Assembly (NCBI GenBank): GCA_964399865.1
Contig: CAYNRJ010000001.1
Span: 394,050-458,049, forward strand
DNA: 64,000 bases
Origin: an uncultured Candidatus Saccharibacteria bacterium
GTDB lineage: Bacteria > Patescibacteriota > Minisyncoccia > Phycocordibacterales > UBA2100
Direction of reading: 5' to 3'
The position numbers and the translations under genes were made by a program. Below, in pieces: positions 60,455 through 64,000 of this stretch. Numbering within the stretch: position 1 is the stretch's first letter; each line of letters opens with the position of its first letter. Below the pieces are notes generated by a model that was not told the DNA's origin, ran no database searches, and saw nothing but the letters and a program-made list of their open reading frames with translations.

Positions 60455-60579
60455 GCGAACCCTGTACTGCCCGCCCCGAACAGGACGCATGCGGTTCATT
60501 ATTCTGTATCACTACTGCGAGATGCTGTATTTATGGATCGTCGCCCACGCGATGTTCTCTCGGGCAGTACAGGGATCGC
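60455..60579. other. long inverted-repeat element inside the spc cluster
   Basis: CCCTGTACTGCCCG (60460-60473) / CGGGCAGTACAGGG (60561-60574) with inner helices. Confidence 0.6.
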
Positions 60580-60603
60580 AAAAGCTTGTGGAATTGGGAG
60601 ATT

Positions 60604-60641
60604 AAGACAAACGGCCGCTCCGAGGAGCGGCCGTTTGTCTT
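60604..60641. terminator. 17-bp perfect hairpin downstream of rplE
   Basis: AAGACAAACGGCCGCTC-CGAG-GAGCGGCCGTTTGTCTT. Confidence 0.75.
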
Positions 60642-60659
60642 TTCTATTCGCAGGAGAGA

Positions 60660-61223
60660 CTATCGAGAATTCTTTATGTCCTTCTTCTCCTCTTCTGCCT
60701 TAAGCGGCACTCCTACGTATCGGAGGAATGCGATTGCATCCTTCTTGTTTTTTGCTGTTGTAACGATCGTGATCGCAAGACCGAATATATCCTTTGCGTC
60801 TTCGTCTGCGGTTTCTGGGAAGACTGTGTGCTCCTTAAGACCGATGGTAATGTTACCCATTTCATCGATGGTTTTAAGCGAGATTCCGCGGAAGTCCTTC
60901 ACTCGAGGAAGCACGATGTGGATGAGTTTATCGAGGAATGACTTACCACGTGCACCACGGAGGGTCACCTGGTATCCAACAACATCTCCCTGACGAACTT
61001 TGAATGTTGCGATGGACTTTTTCGCAGAACGAGGCGCAGGAGCCTGGCCCGTGATCGTCATGAGACGCTCAACGATAAAGTCACGACGCTTCTGATCTTT
61101 CCCTGATCCCACGCCAGAGGAAACGATCACCTTCGAGATACGAGGTGTCTGCATGATGTTCTTAAGACCGAGCTGGTCCTTAAGCGCTTTAAAAGTCTCT
61201 GTTACTGGAAGTACGTTTGCCAT
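60660..61223 (-). CDS. rplE: 50S ribosomal protein L5
   Basis: ITGQ, KSIATFKVRQG, LPRVKDFRG. Confidence 0.96.
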   Translation of the reverse strand: MANVLPVTETFKALKDQLGLKNIMQTPRISKVIVSSGVGSGKDQKRRDFIVERLMTITGQAPAPRSAKKSIATFKVRQGDVVGYQVTLRGARGKSFLDKLIHIVLPRVKDFRGISLKTIDEMGNITIGLKEHTVFPETADEDAKDIFGLAITIVTTAKNKKDAIAFLRYVGVPLKAEEEKKDIKNSR

Positions 61224-61228
61224 AAATA

Positions 61229-61540
61229 TTATTTGAGTTCTTGTCCGCTTTTAGCTGCTACCCGTGAACGTGCGCCATCCTTTCCTCGGACGATGCGTAC
61301 GCGTGTTGGTTTGCCGGACTTTGGATCAAGAAGCATGACGTTCGATGCGTGGATTGGCATTGCGATGTCGACGATTTGCCCCTTTCGGCTTCGGCCAGTA
61401 GGGCGGCGGTGTCTCTTTGAGAGATTGAGGCCATCCAAAGCAACCATATTCTCCTTTGGGAATACGCGTGTGATAGCGGCTTTCTGACCGCGATCCTTGC
61501 CGGCCATAACCATAACTGTGTCTCCTTTTCGTAGTTTCAT
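61229..61540 (-). CDS. rplX: 50S ribosomal protein L24
   Basis: GDTV.VMAGKDRG, PIHASNV. Confidence 0.96.
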   Translation of the reverse strand: MKLRKGDTVMVMAGKDRGQKAAITRVFPKENMVALDGLNLSKRHRRPTGRSRKGQIVDIAMPIHASNVMLLDPKSGKPTRVRIVRGKDGARSRVAAKSGQELK

Positions 61541-61545
61541 ATAGT

Positions 61546-61917
61546 TTATAGGACTTCTGGTGCGAGGGACGCGACTGACTTGTATCCCCTTTCGACTACT
61601 TCACGTGGGATTGGTCCGAATACGCGGTTCGCTTTTGGCTCTTTCTTCTCGCGATCAACGAGCACAACTGCGTTCTCATCGAATCGAATGTAAGAGCCGT
61701 CTTTACGACGAAACGCTTTCTTCTGGCGCACAACGACAGCTGAGTAGACCTCTTTCTTCTTTGCCATCTTACGAGGCTGTGCGGTCTGAATAGAGAGGAC
61801 GACTTCATCACCGAGCTCTGCGTAGCGCTTCTTTGAGCCGCCGAGCACTTTGAAAATACGTCCGAGGATACCTCCGGAGTTATCAGCTATTTTAACGATT
61901 GAACGTGGCTGTATCAT
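61546..61917 (-). CDS. rplN: 50S ribosomal protein L14
   Basis: ADNSG, RFDENAVV, SLAPEVL. Confidence 0.97.
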   Translation of the reverse strand: MIQPRSIVKIADNSGGILGRIFKVLGGSKKRYAELGDEVVLSIQTAQPRKMAKKKEVYSAVVVRQKKAFRRKDGSYIRFDENAVVLVDREKKEPKANRVFGPIPREVVERGYKSVASLAPEVL

Positions 61918-61918
61918 A

Positions 61919-62197
61919 TTAGTTTTCAGTCTCTACCTCTTTGATCACCGTTCTCTCAACGAGGATGAATCTCTTGAATTTAGACATTGGCTTTGTCTCA
62001 CGGATGAGTACAGTGTCCCCTACTTTCGCAGTGTTCCCCGCGTCGTGCACGAGATACTTCTTTGAGCGGCGCATGTACTTGTCGTACTTAGGGTGCTTCG
62101 TGAGACGCTCGACGGATACCGTCATAGTGTCCTTCATAGCCGCCTTTACGACGATGCCGCGAAGAGTCTTTCCTTGTGTTTCATTAGTAGAATTCAT
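61919..62197 (-). CDS. rpsQ: 30S ribosomal protein S17
   Basis: HPKY.K...SKKYLVHD, ETKPMSK.KRF. Confidence 0.95.
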   Translation of the reverse strand: MNSTNETQGKTLRGIVVKAAMKDTMTVSVERLTKHPKYDKYMRRSKKYLVHDAGNTAKVGDTVLIRETKPMSKFKRFILVERTVIKEVETEN

Positions 62198-62212
62198 AGG
62201 AGTTGGGACAGA

Positions 62213-62425
62213 TTACTTTGTTTTTGCCTTAGGGGCAATGGCTGGAAGATCGCGCGAACGAAGCTCAGTAAGAAGTCGTGCGACTTCGCGACGCAAATTT
62301 CTCTCAAGACGAACATTGCGAGCGCGGCTTCCGCTCTCCTTAAATCGTATGACACGGAGCTCTTCGCGCTTTACTGAGATCTCTTTCTTAAGATCCTCCG
62401 GTTTCTGTGTTTTTTTATCAGCCAT
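62213..62425 (-). CDS. rpmC: 50S ribosomal protein L29
   Basis: EL..IRF, RREVARLLT; position between rplP and rpsQ. Confidence 0.88.
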   Translation of the reverse strand: MADKKTQKPEDLKKEISVKREELRVIRFKESGSRARNVRLERNLRREVARLLTELRSRDLPAIAPKAKTK

Positions 62426-62426
62426 A

Positions 62427-62849
62427 TTATTGTCTTGTGACGATCTTCACTTTGAGAGGAAGCTTTTTACCTGCTTTTCGAAGGGCTTCGCGTGCAATAG
62501 CTTCTGGTGCTCCATCGATCTCGAAGATAACGCGGCCGGGACCTACGTCTGCGACATAGCCAGACACGTCTCCTTTTCCGCTACCCATGCCTACTTCTGC
62601 AGCCTTCTGAGTTCTTGGTCGATCAGGGAATATACGGACCCAGACCTTTGCGCTCTTTCCTCCAGCACGAGCGAGAGCACGACGTGCTGCTTCGATCTGA
62701 TTTGAAGAAACGCGAGCAGGGGTCATTGCCTTAAGACCAAATGATCCAAAAGACACGAAGAGTCCGCGTGTATCTGGCCTTTGCAAGCGCGCAAAGCTCT
62801 TACGGCCTGTCTGCCACTTGCGATATTTTGCTTTCTTAGGTGCCAACAT
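62427..62849 (-). CDS. rplP: 50S ribosomal protein L16
   Basis: PKKAKYRK, QIEAARR, MGSGKG. Confidence 0.96.
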   Translation of the reverse strand: MLAPKKAKYRKWQTGRKSFARLQRPDTRGLFVSFGSFGLKAMTPARVSSNQIEAARRALARAGGKSAKVWVRIFPDRPRTQKAAEVGMGSGKGDVSGYVADVGPGRVIFEIDGAPEAIAREALRKAGKKLPLKVKIVTRQ

Positions 62850-62851
62850 AT

Positions 62852-63529
62852 TTATTTCTTAGCCTTCTGCTTATCAGAGAAAATATCACCGCGGTAGATC
62901 CATACTTTGACGCCGATAACACCGTATGGAAGGTATGCAACTTCGCGAGCAAAATCTACGTCAGCACGAAGAGTCTGAAGAGGAACACGTCCTCGCTTGA
63001 TCTCTTCTGTACGTGACATTTCTGCTCCACCAAGGCGGCCTGCAACCGCGATACGAACACCCTGCACATCGCGATTTGCCATCGTCTTTTCTGCAGTCTG
63101 TTTCAAAATTCGGCGGAACGTCTGACGTTTCTCCAAGCCTTCCGCAACCATGTATGCAACGACAGGAGCTTGAGATTCAGGAGAGCGAACTTCTTCGATG
63201 TCGAGGCGAATAGCAGGCTTTGCGATCTTAGGAACAGCAAGGAGAGCCTTCTCGATTTCTTTCGTAAGCTTCGCACTTCCCTCTCCACCACGACCGATAA
63301 CGAGTCCTGGGCGAGATGTTTTGATGAGAACGCGAACATGCTTTTGATTACGCTCGATGTCTACGGCAGTAACGTAGTTACCTCGGAGACGCTTCTTGAG
63401 GAATCGGCGAATGATAACGTCTACCATGACATTCTCACGGTACTGACGAGGGGTCTTCGCGAACCAGCGACTCTTCCAATCACGGATGATACCGAGACGA
63501 TGTGCATATGGATGTACTGTATGTGTCAT
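62852..63529 (-). CDS. rpsC: 30S ribosomal protein S3
   Basis: RPGLVIGRGG, GRLGGAEMSR, VPLQTLRAD. Confidence 0.97.
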   Translation of the reverse strand: MTHTVHPYAHRLGIIRDWKSRWFAKTPRQYRENVMVDVIIRRFLKKRLRGNYVTAVDIERNQKHVRVLIKTSRPGLVIGRGGEGSAKLTKEIEKALLAVPKIAKPAIRLDIEEVRSPESQAPVVAYMVAEGLEKRQTFRRILKQTAEKTMANRDVQGVRIAVAGRLGGAEMSRTEEIKRGRVPLQTLRADVDFAREVAYLPYGVIGVKVWIYRGDIFSDKQKAKK

Positions 63530-63530
63530 A

Positions 63531-63944
63531 TTATTTCGTTACCTCCTTTTTCTTCGGAGCTGCTTTCTTAACAACCTTATCTGCTTTAGGTTCCTTGGCT
63601 GCCCTCTTTGCCTTCTTAACCTCTCCTGCACCAAGTTCGAGCGTGACGATACTCATGATGTGATCAAAAGAGTTTGCTCGGCCGCGTGACATTGGATTGA
63701 AGCGACGAAGGACAGCGCCTTTATTAACTGCGATAGTCTTTACGAAAAGATTTTCTGTAGGAAGTCCGGCATTTCGCGCATTTGAAACTGCAGAGTTTAA
63801 AAGCTTCGCGATAGCTGGAGAAGATTTCTGAGGCATGAACTTAAGCGCTGCAAGAGCCTGATCGACAGACTTACCTCGAATAAGGTCCGCTATAAGGCGT
63901 ACTTTACGTGGAGCCTGATGATAATTTTTGAGAAGCGCTTTCAT
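63531..63944 (-). CDS. rplV: 50S ribosomal protein L22
   Basis: PRKVRLIADLIRG, SAVSNA. Confidence 0.96.
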   Translation of the reverse strand: MKALLKNYHQAPRKVRLIADLIRGKSVDQALAALKFMPQKSSPAIAKLLNSAVSNARNAGLPTENLFVKTIAVNKGAVLRRFNPMSRGRANSFDHIMSIVTLELGAGEVKKAKRAAKEPKADKVVKKAAPKKKEVTK

Positions 63945-63947
63945 AGA

Positions 63948-64000
63948 TTATTTCTTGCCACCTTTAGCATCTGCTGTTGTTGCCTTTGCAGCCTGTGCAG
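63948..64000 (-). CDS. 3' end of the upstream gene, probably S19 (...AQAAKATTADAKGGKK)
   Basis: Open frame to TAA at 63948; identity inferred from S10 operon order only. Confidence 0.5.
   Translation of the reverse strand, partial: AQAAKATTADAKGGKK

Noticed and set aside
60455-60579. SRP (4.5S) RNA candidate
   Set aside because: No GNRA-capped domain IV with the CAGG/AGCAG internal loop on either strand.
59868-62705. Long plus-strand ORFs (59868-60605, 60359-60703, 61941-62705) and similar antisense ORFs across the window
   Set aside because: They are antisense shadows of conserved genes with no recognisable motifs.

Overview
This is a 64-kb chromosomal segment of a Patescibacteria/CPR bacterium (Parcubacteria-like; inferred from a type IV pilus locus with no secretin, absence of rpmD/L30, patchy metabolism, and mostly Shine-Dalgarno-less, apparently leaderless genes; TGA is a stop). 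It holds 7 tRNA genes, tmRNA with smpB, gatCA-ligA, a full type IV pilus/competence locus, comF, recG, ftsH, pyrB/pyrC, purD, infC-rpmI-rplT, a VirD4/HerA-like ATPase, part of the S10/spc cluster and several secreted surface proteins. The most unusual signals are non-coding. (1) Four tRNA genes are followed by a cassette of hairpin, antisense copy of that tRNA's own 3' half, shared core and direct copy of the tRNA 3' end. (2) A tRNA-Ile(UAU) sits inside the anticodon arm of a second, compensatorily diverged tRNA-like shell. (3) A dispersed CAGCAG-loop repeat family lies next to stop codons. (4) There is a short 6S-like RNA with its own promoter and terminator. Also noted: two pilins with 194 identical 5' nt, an unannotated 50-aa acidic protein, and an insertion splitting the spc operon. 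All calls were made by eye; no database searches were run.
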